Shown: positions 24,711 to 34,462 of the stretch, piece after piece | How the letters are laid out: the number at the start of each line of letters is the position of its first letter | How positions within the stretch are numbered: the stretch's first letter is position 1 | Virus record (IMG/VR): IMGVR_UViG_3300022204_000183 | From: a virus | Taxonomy: Duplodnaviria; Caudoviricetes | Strand: one strand, 5' to 3' | DNA length: 42,772 nucleotides | The notes under the pieces: generated by a model | What the model was told of the DNA's origin: nothing | Databases searched by the model: none | The model's input: the letters and a program-made list of their open reading frames with translations, nothing else | Program-made: the position numbers and the translations under genes

Positions 24711-26499
24711 CGAATGGGCAGATAACTACGCGTTCCTTTCCGGCGATAGCGCCAGCGTCGGCAAGTGGCGAACCCTGCCATATCAGAAGGGGATAATGGA
24801 CGCTATTACAGATCCGTCTGTCGAGCGTGTGACGGTGATGAAAGCGGCGCGCGTCGGCTATACGAAAATCATCAATAACACGATCGCCTATTACGTTGCC
24901 GAAGATCCCTGCCCGATACTGGTAGTACAGCCGACCGTGAACGACGCGCAGGATTACAGCAAGGAAGAGATTGCCTCCATGATCGCCGACACGCCGATAC
25001 TTCGCGAACTGTTCCCATCGCCCAAGGCGAAAGATTCCGGCAACACGATTGAAAAGAAGGTTTTCCCCGGCGGGTCACTTCGCCTCATCGGAGCGAACAG
25101 CGCGACGGGCTTCCGCCGAATATCCATCCGGGTACTTATCTTCGACGAGACAGACGGCTACCCGCCGACAGCGGGGTCTGAGGGTGACCAGATAAAGCTG
25201 GGTGAACAGCGCACTTTATGGTTTCCAGACAGGAAAATCATCGCCGGTTCAACGCCGACCGAAAAGGGTAATTCGAAGATCGAGAAACTCTTTGCGAAAT
25301 CCGACCAGCGTTATTACTTCGTACCCTGTCCGCATTGCGAGAAGTTTCAGGTGCTGAAATTCTCCGACACGCAATACAGCGGGGAGATATCGAGCTCCAT
25401 CAAATACGCTTTCATGTCGTGGGATAAGGACGCGGACGGGAAACCACTGCCGGAGACGGCCCATTTCACATGTTGTCATTGCGGATGCGTCATTGAAGAG
25501 AAGGATAAACGGTGGATGCTGGATCGAGGTGAATGGCGAGCGACCAAGCCTTTCACAGGTCACGCTGGTTTTCATATATGGGCGGCGTATTCGGTCTCGC
25601 CGAATGCGACATGGGCCCAGCTTGTCTCGGAGTTCCTCGACTGCAAAAACAACCCAGAGGAGTTGCAGACGTTCGTCAATACAGTTCTCGGCGAAGTGTG
25701 GGAAGAGCAAGGTGAGAAGGTGAGCGAGCATGTTCTCCTGTCCCGCCGCGAGGAGTATGCAGCGGAAGTTCCCGCCGGAGCTCTGGTATTGACGGCCGCT
25801 GTTGACGTTCAGGGCGACCGTCTGGAAATGGAGGTTGTCGGGTGGGGGATGTACGAAGAATCGTGGGGCATCGCGCGGAAGGTCATCTATGGAGATCCTA
25901 CGCAACAACAGGTTTGGGAAGAACTCGACAAGGAGTTGCTGAGGACATACCGTCATGAATCTGGAACGGATCTGACTATCTCGGCGGTAGGAATAGACAC
26001 CAGATACCAAACGGATTATGTATATTCGTTTGTCCGCCCTCGTATGTCCCGTCGTATTTACGCGCTGATGGGGGTAGGTCGCCCAGGTTATCCGATAGCA
26101 GGAAGCCCACAGCAGAAGAAAACCGGTCGCAACCGCCGTCCCGTTCCGATATGGCTCGTCGGCACGTTCCAGGCGAAAGGGCTTATCTATTCGCGATTGA
26201 AAGTAACCAACCCCGGCGCTGGATATTGTCACTTCCCGATGTGGTATGATGAGGAATATTTTGCTCAAGTGACCGCTGAGAAGATGGTTACTAGGTACAA
26301 GAAAGGATTTGCCCACAAGGAATGGGTACAGATCCGGTCTCGCAACGAAGCCCTTGATATCCGCGTCTACAATCTCGCCGTATTGCGGATCCTCAATCCC
26401 GATTATCGCGCCCTTGCCGTTTATCTCGGGCAGTCTACCGATCCGCTCCCTCCTCGTCGTGGCGGTCGTCGCGTCATCAGCCGGGGGATATCGGGATGA
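24589..26499 (+). CDS. Terminase large subunit (lambda gpA family); start uncertain
   Basis: PYQ, KAARVGYT (Walker A), LIFDETD (Walker B), GSTPT, CPHC, VDVQ, RNEALD. Confidence 0.96.
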   Translation: MASVTAPTNSENLLSPLKEVERFLAEIANEVLRIPPRRNLSEWADNYAFLSGDSASVGKWRTLPYQKGIMDAITDPSVERVTVMKAARVGYTKIINNTIAYYVAEDPCPILVVQPTVNDAQDYSKEEIASMIADTPILRELFPSPKAKDSGNTIEKKVFPGGSLRLIGANSATGFRRISIRVLIFDETDGYPPTAGSEGDQIKLGEQRTLWFPDRKIIAGSTPTEKGNSKIEKLFAKSDQRYYFVPCPHCEKFQVLKFSDTQYSGEISSSIKYAFMSWDKDADGKPLPETAHFTCCHCGCVIEEKDKRWMLDRGEWRATKPFTGHAGFHIWAAYSVSPNATWAQLVSEFLDCKNNPEELQTFVNTVLGEVWEEQGEKVSEHVLLSRREEYAAEVPAGALVLTAAVDVQGDRLEMEVVGWGMYEESWGIARKVIYGDPTQQQVWEELDKELLRTYRHESGTDLTISAVGIDTRYQTDYVYSFVRPRMSRRIYALMGVGRPGYPIAGSPQQKKTGRNRRPVPIWLVGTFQAKGLIYSRLKVTNPGAGYCHFPMWYDEEYFAQVTAEKMVTRYKKGFAHKEWVQIRSRNEALDIRVYNLAVLRILNPDYRALAVYLGQSTDPLPPRRGGRRVISRGISG

Positions 26500-26696
26500 A
26501 GCGAAAGCGACGCGTGATCTCGACCGGCGTGATAGCGCGAACGCTCTGCGTCACCGATCGACGGGCGCGCCAGATAGTGACCGAAGAGGTGAGCAAAGGG
26601 AATCTGGAAGCCGCCCCGCGCGTAGGGAACGGCTGGTACCGGGTCTTTTCGGACAGTTTTCATTCATGGCTGGAAACAAAACAGGCCGGAATATGA
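26496..26696 (+). CDS. Small HTH DNA-binding protein
   Basis: ISTGVIARTLCVTDRRARQIV...WYRV excisionase-like HTH. Confidence 0.7.
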   Translation: MKRKRRVISTGVIARTLCVTDRRARQIVTEEVSKGNLEAAPRVGNGWYRVFSDSFHSWLETKQAGI

Positions 26697-26761
26697 AAAT
26701 AATTAAAAAAAGCGGAAATACCGGAAACACGCCTCTATTTATTCTTGACAAAATGTAAACC

Positions 26762-26983
26762 ATGGCAGGAATAACGCTCGAACAGGCAGAAGCAAAATTG
26801 GCCGAATGGATGGCCGCCGACACGGCTGTCGCAAGCGGACAGGCGTACTCGGTCGCCGGTCGTTCGCTTAATCGCGCCGACGCTGCGCAGATCCGTGAAA
26901 ACATCACCTATTGGAACGCACAAGTCAATAAACTTTCAAAAGGTAGCGGTGGCATCCGCATACGGGGAGGCACTCCGCTATGA
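26762..26983 (+). CDS. Head-tail adaptor (gpW-like/DUF6148-like)
   Basis: GITLEQAEAKL.EW..A...GQAYSVAGRSLNRAD; lies just before the portal. Confidence 0.82.
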   Translation: MAGITLEQAEAKLAEWMAADTAVASGQAYSVAGRSLNRADAAQIRENITYWNAQVNKLSKGSGGIRIRGGTPL

Positions 26984-28611
26984 GCCCCGCTGAAATGGAA
27001 AAGAGGCTGAGCGAAGCGGCAAAGGGTAACCTCCTCGACCGCGCGATAAAGGCGTTTGACCCGGTAAGAGGCAAGGCCCGGATGCAGGCCCGGATGCAGA
27101 TGGCGGCTGCCGAGTCGTCAACGACCGCCTATGTCGGCGCGTCGCGCACACGAAGACAGCTTAGCTCGTGGAAACCCCTTGGAGGGGATGCCGACACCGA
27201 CCTCATGGGTGAGTTGCCGACCCTTCGTGAGAGATCCCGCGATATGATCCGCAATATACCTCTTGCCACCGGCGCGGTCGGCACGGTCTGCACAAACGCG
27301 GTCGGGCCGGGCTTGAAACCACAGTCAAGGATAGACCGCGACTATCTAGGCATGACCGAAGAAGATGCCGACGCTTTTGAGCGGAACGTCGAGCGCGAAT
27401 GGAAACTCTTCTCCTCGCAGTGCGATTACGGTCGCGCCCTCAATCACGGCGCATTGCAGTTCCTTGCTTTCCGTTCCGTTCTTGAGAACGGCGATTCATT
27501 CGTCAACATGCCATATATCAAACGCCCGGGCGATACCTACGGTCTGAAACTTCAGCTGATAGAAGCCGACCGAGTATCAAATCCGAACAGGCAGAGAGAC
27601 ACCGACACGCTGGTCGGCGGGGTAGAGAAGGATACAACCGGCGCACCTGTCGCCTATTACGTTTCCAAGAACCATCCTGGCAAAGCCTACGGTTCGACGA
27701 AGGGCGAATGGGTGAAGGTAGACGCGTTCACGAATACAGGTCGCCGCAACATGCTTCACCTCTACCAGATGGAGCGTATAGCGCAGTCGCGCGGTATTCC
27801 GTATCTCACGCCGGTAATGGAGACGTTGAAGATGCTCGGGAAGTACACCGACGGCGAGCTGATGGCCGCCGTCATATCGTCATACTTCACGGTCATTCTA
27901 AGGGACAAGGACGGCAACGAAATGGATCCGATGAAACCGGAAACGGAAACAAAAGCAAAGGGGACCGATGAGGATTTCAAGCTCGCCCCCGGTGCCATCC
28001 TCTCCGTTGGCGAAGGGCAGGGTGTCGATGTTGTCAATCCGGGTCGACCGAACACGGCATTCGATCAGTTCGTCATGTCGATGGCGCGCCAGATAGGAGC
28101 CGGTCTCCACCAGCCGTATGAAGTCCTGATAAAACACTTTACCGCCTCATACTCAGCTTCGCGCGGCGCGCTTCTTGAGGCGTGGACGTTCTATAAAAAA
28201 ATGAGGCACTTCCTTGTAACCTCCTTCTGCCAGCCGACATACGAAGCGTTCTTTTATGAAGCGGTAGCTAATGGGCGAATCATAGCCCCCGGTTTTTTCA
28301 ATGATCCGCTCATCCGACAGGCGTATCTCGGCACCGAATGGATAGGTCCGGCAATGGGGCAGATAGATCCGCTGAAAGAGGTCAATGCCGCCGAGAAGAG
28401 GCTCGATATAGGCATGACGACCTTGTCGCAGGAAACAGCTTCCTACAACGGAGGGGATTGGGACCTGAACCATCCGCAACAGGTAAAGGAGAGAAAAAAG
28501 AGGCTCGAAGGCGGTTTGATATCGGAAAAGATACCACCGACAGACATAAACACTAACCGCGAACCGGATAACTCTTCCGGCTCGGATTCTGACAGGGAGG
28601 ACGGTAAATGA
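26980..28611 (+). CDS. Portal protein, lambda family
   Basis: LRERSRDMIRN, LQLIEADR, QSRGIP, YSASR, IDPLKE motifs. Confidence 0.95.
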   Translation: MSPAEMEKRLSEAAKGNLLDRAIKAFDPVRGKARMQARMQMAAAESSTTAYVGASRTRRQLSSWKPLGGDADTDLMGELPTLRERSRDMIRNIPLATGAVGTVCTNAVGPGLKPQSRIDRDYLGMTEEDADAFERNVEREWKLFSSQCDYGRALNHGALQFLAFRSVLENGDSFVNMPYIKRPGDTYGLKLQLIEADRVSNPNRQRDTDTLVGGVEKDTTGAPVAYYVSKNHPGKAYGSTKGEWVKVDAFTNTGRRNMLHLYQMERIAQSRGIPYLTPVMETLKMLGKYTDGELMAAVISSYFTVILRDKDGNEMDPMKPETETKAKGTDEDFKLAPGAILSVGEGQGVDVVNPGRPNTAFDQFVMSMARQIGAGLHQPYEVLIKHFTASYSASRGALLEAWTFYKKMRHFLVTSFCQPTYEAFFYEAVANGRIIAPGFFNDPLIRQAYLGTEWIGPAMGQIDPLKEVNAAEKRLDIGMTTLSQETASYNGGDWDLNHPQQVKERKKRLEGGLISEKIPPTDINTNREPDNSSGSDSDREDGK

Positions 28612-30044
28612 AACTTCTAAAAATCCTGGGTACGCCATGGGGGATAAAAAGAGAAAAGTACGAGGAGATAATCAAAACCTATTCCGGTATCATGGCTGGC
28701 CCGAAAATAGCCCTTGATGGTCTGTTCGGTGTATTGAAACAGCCCCTGCCATCAGATTATTCAATCGAAAACGGCATCGCCGTTATCGCTCTTGAAGATG
28801 TTCTTCTTAAGAAATATTCCGTGTTCATGGGCATCTTCGGCGGGACATCCACGGAAATAGTGCGTGAACAATTCAAACATGCATTGGCGAACAAGGATGT
28901 GAATAAAATCGTCCTGAAAATAGATAGCCCCGGCGGGACTGTCGACGGAACGCAGGATCTGGCAAAGCTTATTTATGATTCTCGCGGCATCAAGCCGATT
29001 GTTTCGTTTGTAGATGGAATGATGCATTCGGCGGCAACATGGGTAGGTACATCCGCCGACCGAGTTGTGATTTCAAACGAAACCTGCGATATCGGCGGGA
29101 TAGGCGTGGTTACAGCACACATGGATATTTCTGAATTCGAAAAGAAACTGGGAGTGAAAACCACCGAGATATATGCCGGTAAATACAAGCGCATCAATTC
29201 TTACTATAAACCTTTAAGTGCGGAAGGAAAGCAGGAGCTTCAGGATGCGGTCGATTACCTCTATTCCGTATTTGTAGAAAATATCGCGCAAAACCGTGGA
29301 GTTAGTACCGATGTTGTCTTGGAAAATATGGCCGATGGACGTGGCTTCATCGGGAAACAGGCAATAGAAGCCGGTCTCGTGGACAGTGTGTCTTCGTTCG
29401 ACCGGTTAATGGAAGAATTGGCAGGGAGTGCTTCTGCCGCAAAACCGAATGCAAAGGTAAGTGGTACCGATGCTCAAACAAAAGGAAAGGAAAGGATGAT
29501 GGATAAAGACAAATTGAAAGCCGACCATCCCGAACTCTACGCCGCAGTGTTGGCGGAGGGGAAGGAGCAGGCAAAGGCGGAACATCTACCAATGACTTTG
29601 GAATCTACCGCCATATCGGCGAAGGGGGTAGCGGAAGACTATCCCGCGATAGCCAAGGAGTTGAGCGAAGCGGGGATGAAAGCCGAGCGCGATCGCGTCA
29701 CGGCAATTATGGCGGTTCCCGCTCTCGGTCATGGCGATATCGTCGCCTCCTGCCTGAAGGACGGCAAGAGCGCGGACGAATGCGCCTCACTGATACTGAA
29801 AGCGGAAGCGAAATCAAGGTCGGATGTACTGGCCGACCTTCAGCAGAACTCGCCATCCGCGCTTCCACAACCTGCTTCCGACGCGGAGACCGCGAAGGTG
29901 GGAGGAACAACGGAAGAGCAGGCAAAAGCGGCTTGGGACAAGGACGAAAAACTTCATGCAGAATTTTCGTCATTCGAGTCCTATCTCGCCTATGTAAAGG
30001 CGGATAAAGGCGGACAGTCCAAGATTTTCAAAGGAGGTAAATAA
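28608..30044 (+). CDS. S49 (SppA-like) prohead protease with C-terminal scaffold (gpC/Nu3-like)
   Basis: IDSPGG, MHSAA, GGIGV, AGKYK; ERDRVTAI scaffold region; internal ATG with RBS at about 29496. Confidence 0.92.
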   Translation: MKLLKILGTPWGIKREKYEEIIKTYSGIMAGPKIALDGLFGVLKQPLPSDYSIENGIAVIALEDVLLKKYSVFMGIFGGTSTEIVREQFKHALANKDVNKIVLKIDSPGGTVDGTQDLAKLIYDSRGIKPIVSFVDGMMHSAATWVGTSADRVVISNETCDIGGIGVVTAHMDISEFEKKLGVKTTEIYAGKYKRINSYYKPLSAEGKQELQDAVDYLYSVFVENIAQNRGVSTDVVLENMADGRGFIGKQAIEAGLVDSVSSFDRLMEELAGSASAAKPNAKVSGTDAQTKGKERMMDKDKLKADHPELYAAVLAEGKEQAKAEHLPMTLESTAISAKGVAEDYPAIAKELSEAGMKAERDRVTAIMAVPALGHGDIVASCLKDGKSADECASLILKAEAKSRSDVLADLQQNSPSALPQPASDAETAKVGGTTEEQAKAAWDKDEKLHAEFSSFESYLAYVKADKGGQSKIFKGGK

Positions 30045-30595
30045 TGGCTACAAGAGCAAGCGATCTCGCTCGCCCCTTCGAGTTGGGGGATATCAACGAA
30101 CTTCCCGTTCTCGCTACTGACATCATATACGAAGGGTCGGCTGTAGGCGATAACGGCTCAGGATATGCTCGCCCCCTCGTAGCGGGTGATCCTTTCCGTG
30201 GTTTCGCTGAAAGGAAGGTGGACAATTCCACCGGCGCGGCAGGGGACAAGAACATCCGTGTCCTCACCCGTGGTCTGGTACAGCTATCTATCGGCTCGCT
30301 GGCAATCACGGATGTAGGTAAGGATGTGTATGCTTCCGATGACGACACCTTCACCTTGACGCAAGGGAGCAACACACGCATCGGGTATGTATACAGGTTC
30401 GTTTCTTCCGGCGTCGGCATTGTCGCCTTTTCCGCAAACAGTGGAGTAGAAGCAGAACTGACAGATAGTACCACAGGCACGGCTGATGGAACGGTTGCGG
30501 ACGTTGGCGGAGCGTTCAGCCAGGCGACGCTTAACAACAATTTTGCCGATATCATCGCGAAGGTGAATTACCTTCTGCGCCGCATCGGTCAGTAA
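30044..30595 (+). CDS. Head decoration/cement protein
   Basis: Position between protease and capsid; IYEGSAVG...FRGFAE beta-rich pattern. Confidence 0.7.
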   Translation: MATRASDLARPFELGDINELPVLATDIIYEGSAVGDNGSGYARPLVAGDPFRGFAERKVDNSTGAAGDKNIRVLTRGLVQLSIGSLAITDVGKDVYASDDDTFTLTQGSNTRIGYVYRFVSSGVGIVAFSANSGVEAELTDSTTGTADGTVADVGGAFSQATLNNNFADIIAKVNYLLRRIGQ

Positions 30596-30606
30596 GGGGG
30601 TATGAA

Positions 30607-31653
30607 ATGAAAAAAATAATAATCTTGTTTCTTGCACTGTTTGCGGGGTGGTTGACCTCCACGCCGTATGAGCCCGTTATGTCGGCTGACGGCGCATTGT
30701 ATGCCCTTCCAATCATAGGTATGGGAACAGCAGGGCTGTCAAGCCGCGCGATAATCGGCGAGTTCTATGCCCGGCTATCGCAGAACATCGGCACGAGCTG
30801 GATAGATCCAATTTCGATGCTGTTCACTTCCGATCAGGCTTCCGAGAATTACAAGTGGCTGGGTATGGCTCCTGCCATGAGGGAGTGGGTCGGCGGTCGA
30901 CAGGCGAAAGGTTTCCGTGAAAATGGAATAACGATTGAGAACAAGGAATACGAAGCCACGCTGGAAGTTCTTGTGTCAGAGTTACGCAGGGATAAAACCG
31001 GTCAAGTGCTCACCCGGATAAGGGACCTTGCGGACAGAACTAACGCTCACTGGGCGAAACTTCTTTCCGCTCTTGTAATTAATGGCGAATCTTCTCTCTG
31101 CTATGACGGTCAGTATTTCTTTGATACCGACCATTCCGAGGGTGATAGTGGTACGCAGTCGAACGACATTACGTCGGATGTAGCCACAACCACAGCGCCG
31201 ACCGCGGCGGAGATGGAGAAGGCTATCCTTGCTGGTGTTGCACAAATACTCGGTTTCAAGGACGACCAGGGCGAACCGATGAACGAGGAAGCAACATCTT
31301 TCAGGGTGATGGTTCCCGTCCCATTCATGGCATCGGCTGCCGCCGCCATAAAGAATCCGGTTATCGTGGATGGTTCCGGTTCCAGAACGAACACCATAAC
31401 GAACATCGGAGGATTTAACATCGCTCTTGATGTCAATGCGCGCCTTTCCTGGACCGACAGGTTTTCGATATTCCGCGCCGATGGCAACGTAAAACCGTTC
31501 ATCCGCCAGCAGGAGGAAGACGTAGTGTTGTCTGCCGTGGCAGAAGGATCTGAACTCGAATTCAAGCATAAAAAACATGAATACGGAGTTTCGGCAATCC
31601 GAAATGTTGGATACGGATACTGGCAGCACGCTTGTCTGGTGACACTGGTATAG
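30607..31653 (+). CDS. Major capsid protein, Mu gpT-like, with a hydrophobic N-terminal extension
   Basis: YKWLGMAPAMREW, IENKEYEATL, CYDGQYFFDTDH, KPFIRQ, GYGYWQ. Confidence 0.92.
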   Translation: MKKIIILFLALFAGWLTSTPYEPVMSADGALYALPIIGMGTAGLSSRAIIGEFYARLSQNIGTSWIDPISMLFTSDQASENYKWLGMAPAMREWVGGRQAKGFRENGITIENKEYEATLEVLVSELRRDKTGQVLTRIRDLADRTNAHWAKLLSALVINGESSLCYDGQYFFDTDHSEGDSGTQSNDITSDVATTTAPTAAEMEKAILAGVAQILGFKDDQGEPMNEEATSFRVMVPVPFMASAAAAIKNPVIVDGSGSRTNTITNIGGFNIALDVNARLSWTDRFSIFRADGNVKPFIRQQEEDVVLSAVAEGSELEFKHKKHEYGVSAIRNVGYGYWQHACLVTLV

Positions 31654-31676
31654 CGATAGCTATTAACGGAATAAAT

Positions 31677-31696
31677 GGGGCGGGGAAACCCGCCCC
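31677..31696 (+). terminator. GC hairpin after the capsid gene (attenuator or stability element)
   Basis: GGGGCGGG-GAAA-CCCGCCCC; U-tract is weak. Confidence 0.55.
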
Positions 31697-31713
31697 GCTT
31701 AAACGGAGGATTA

Positions 31714-32316
31714 ATGAAAAAGTATAAAGTGATAGGCGCATCAGCAAATTTCCATTCCGGGAAATTGCAGGTGACCGAGGAACAGTTCAAGGCAAGGAGC
31801 CACGCACTGAAAAAACTCACAGATGAAGCTGGCGGAACATGTGAAATCCTTTCACCTGTTCAATTCAAAAGGGGAGAAGAGATTGGATATGACGGAGCCG
31901 TCTCCAAGTCTCTGCTGGCCGATATTTCCCCCGCTGATGATACCCCGGGTTCAGACGGCGACAATACCGCCGACACGCCACCGGATCCTGTTCTCGCTAT
32001 CCTTGACGGCAACGTCAGCCAGGTGATTGACGCACTGGGAGACTGCACAGGCGAAGAGCTGGCGAACCTCAAGGCGGCAGAGGAGGCAGGGAAAACCCGT
32101 AAATCCGTCATCAAGGCGATCGATGACGAGCTTGCGAAGCGCGCGGATAAAGAGGAAGAGGCGGAACTTCTAGCCCTCATCCCGGATTACACCGACGAAG
32201 ATCTGCAAGCGGTCAAGGAAGAAGAGCTGGAAGGCGCGAACCGCGAAACGATCATCAAGGCGATTGATGACGAGCTTGCGAAGCGTGAAGCGGATAAAGA
32301 GGAAGAGACTGAATAA
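31714..32316 (+). CDS. Acidic head-associated protein with a duplicated helical domain
   Basis: IKAIDDELAKR(E)ADKEEE occurs twice; RBS GGAGG. Confidence 0.75.
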   Translation: MKKYKVIGASANFHSGKLQVTEEQFKARSHALKKLTDEAGGTCEILSPVQFKRGEEIGYDGAVSKSLLADISPADDTPGSDGDNTADTPPDPVLAILDGNVSQVIDALGDCTGEELANLKAAEEAGKTRKSVIKAIDDELAKRADKEEEAELLALIPDYTDEDLQAVKEEELEGANRETIIKAIDDELAKREADKEEETE

Positions 32317-32609
32317 TGGGAATAGAGACCGAAGCCGACCTCGACACATTCCTCTCAACATCCGGGTTTGGAGTGACGGGGCTGTATAACGGCAACCCTG
32401 TCAAGGGCATCTTGAATAAAAGGTTTGTCGAGGTCGGCAATATTGAAGGCTATCATCCTGTCTTCACTGTGAAGCGCTCACAGTTTCCCACGGTTAAAAA
32501 AGGGGATGAGATAACAATCGAATCGGTTGTCTACACGGTATCGTTCCCCGAACCGGACGGCACGACCGGCACAGTCGGTCTTGTTGATCTGGTATTGAGA
32601 GAGAAGTAA
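32316..32609 (+). CDS. Head-tail joining protein (gpFII-like)
   Basis: KKGDEITIESVVYTV..PEPDG pattern and gene position. Confidence 0.75.
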   Translation: MGIETEADLDTFLSTSGFGVTGLYNGNPVKGILNKRFVEVGNIEGYHPVFTVKRSQFPTVKKGDEITIESVVYTVSFPEPDGTTGTVGLVDLVLREK

Positions 32610-33043
32610 TGGATCACAGGGCGGAACAGATAACGGCAAAGATCCTCACCCTCGTGACCGGTCTGGCGACAACCGGCGCGAACGTCGGGCGCGACGTGCT
32701 GGATCCGCTGGAAGATACGGAGCTTCCGTTCCTCTCCGTCGCGCAGGGGGAGGATACAAAGATGGAGAGCTCTTTCGAATTTATAGATTCGTCGCTCACG
32801 GTGATAATCACGGCATACCTGAAGGCGAACAGCGCGCTCACAACCACGCTCAATCAGATAAGAAAAGAGATAGCTATCGCTCTATCCGCTGATTACACCC
32901 TCGGCCTCGCGTGGGTTCTCGATTCAAACGAGGGTGATGTCTCGGCGCCGGAGCTTTTGACCGACGCGGAAAAAGGTGTTGCCCGGCAGGATATAGCTTG
33001 GCATGTGCATTACAGGCGGTCACGAACCGACCCATCAACATAG
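32609..33043 (+). CDS. Tail terminator-like protein
   Basis: Acidic, 144 aa, ELPFLSV, DYTLGL; precedes the tail tube. Confidence 0.65.
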   Translation: MDHRAEQITAKILTLVTGLATTGANVGRDVLDPLEDTELPFLSVAQGEDTKMESSFEFIDSSLTVIITAYLKANSALTTTLNQIRKEIAIALSADYTLGLAWVLDSNEGDVSAPELLTDAEKGVARQDIAWHVHYRRSRTDPST

Positions 33044-33054
33044 GAGATAAAGCA

Positions 33055-33180
33055 ATGGCAGAAAAAAAAGAAGTGACGATGAAACGGAGGTCGGGGGGAG
33101 CGGAAGAGGTAAAGCCGCCAGCGACGGAACAGTCGACCGACGAAAAAAAAGGAGGGACCGGCAATGTTGTCAAAAAATAG
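33055..33180 (+). CDS. Small hypothetical protein
   Basis: RBS AGGAG; MAEKKEVTMKRR... Confidence 0.5.
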   Translation: MAEKKEVTMKRRSGGAEEVKPPATEQSTDEKKGGTGNVVKK

Positions 33181-34096
33181 CGTCCTACTGTTCAAGACCG
33201 AAGTAACCTACAAGACCGATCCGGTTCCGACGGCCGCCACAGACGCGCTGGTCGTTCAGGATCTCTCTATTAAACCGGCAAACGAGCGGATGGTCAAACG
33301 CTCCGGCATAGATTCCACCCACGGACCGCTTCAAACCCTCTACGGAGGCTCGTTGATGCAGGTCGAGTTCAATCACGAGCTGAAAGGCTCCGGGACGGCA
33401 GGAACAGCCCCGAAGATAGGCCGCCTCCTGCAGGCATGCGGTATGGCGGAAACGGTTGTCCCCGCGACATCCGTAACCTACGACCCCGCAAGCAGTGGGC
33501 AGAAGTCGGCCACCATTTACGTCTACCGCGACGGGAAGTTGTACAAACTCCTTGGATGCAGAGGGACGTGGAAGATGGCAAACGCGGCAGGAAACCCCGG
33601 CGTAGTCACATTCACATTCACCGGACATCTCGCCCTCACGGGCGGGGTAACGGACGTAGCCCTTCCGTCACCGACGGTCGAAGCGACTGTCCCGCCGGTG
33701 ATGAAGAGCGTTGCGCTCACGGTCGGCGGCTTTTCTGCTACCGTTTCGAAGGTCGATATCGATTACGGCAACGTGATGAGCATACGCGACGATATGAATT
33801 CCGAGAACGGCTACGCGGAGATACTGCTGTCAGACAGGGAGCCGACCTGCACACTAGACCCTGAAGACAAGCTGATAGCGACAAAGGACTGGTTCCAGGA
33901 TTGGCGCGGCGGAAATCTCCTCGCTCTCAATCTCGGTCCCGTGGGAGCGGCAGGCAACCGGGTGACGATAACAGCTCCGAAGCTGGTCTTTACGGCGATA
34001 GCCGAAGGGGACCGCGAAGGGGTTGTCACGATGGACATCACCGCGCAGTTGAAAAAGGATTCCGGCGACGACGAACTGTCAATCGCCTTTACATAA
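33164..34096 (+). CDS. Major tail tube protein
   Basis: KTEVTY.TDPVP, ELKGSGTAGTAP, LLQACG, GCRGT, DREG motifs. Confidence 0.85.
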   Translation: MLSKNSVLLFKTEVTYKTDPVPTAATDALVVQDLSIKPANERMVKRSGIDSTHGPLQTLYGGSLMQVEFNHELKGSGTAGTAPKIGRLLQACGMAETVVPATSVTYDPASSGQKSATIYVYRDGKLYKLLGCRGTWKMANAAGNPGVVTFTFTGHLALTGGVTDVALPSPTVEATVPPVMKSVALTVGGFSATVSKVDIDYGNVMSIRDDMNSENGYAEILLSDREPTCTLDPEDKLIATKDWFQDWRGGNLLALNLGPVGAAGNRVTITAPKLVFTAIAEGDREGVVTMDITAQLKKDSGDDELSIAFT

Positions 34097-34108
34097 GAGG
34101 TAGAGAAT

Positions 34109-34462
34109 ATGAAAGCACTCGAAATAGTAGCCCCGTTCGATTACACGCTGAAGGACGAAGAGGGGAAGCCGGACGCGACCATCTTCCGCCTGCGCGGTCT
34201 CACCAGCCTGGAATATATGGAAGTGAGCATGCTTACGAAGATGAGAGGGGAGCATATAGTCCTCGATCATCGCGCCATGTCGGTAACCCTCGGCTACGGT
34301 CTGGCAGGGTGGAGCAAAATGAAGGGGGCTGACGGCGCGGATGTCCCGTTCTCGAAGAACATGACCGACAACCTGAACAGGCTCCCGCTGGATGTATTGA
34401 CCGAGCTGGCTGTAAAGATCTTCGACTGCTCAACCGTGTCGAGGCAAGACGAAAAAAACTAA
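34109..34462 (+). CDS. Tail assembly chaperone (gpG-like)
   Basis: Lies between tube and tape measure; ends at a slippery sequence. Confidence 0.82.
   Translation: MKALEIVAPFDYTLKDEEGKPDATIFRLRGLTSLEYMEVSMLTKMRGEHIVLDHRAMSVTLGYGLAGWSKMKGADGADVPFSKNMTDNLNRLPLDVLTELAVKIFDCSTVSRQDEKN

Noticed and set aside
14323-26316. Long antisense ORFs (14323..15309, 16598..17443, 25249..26316 and similar)
   Set aside because: Shadow frames opposite well-supported genes in GC-rich DNA, with no motifs of their own, unlike the methyltransferase +1 frame.
27074-27098. 12-bp tandem repeat in the portal (ARMQARMQ)
   Set aside because: Trivial in-frame slippage in a variable N-terminus.
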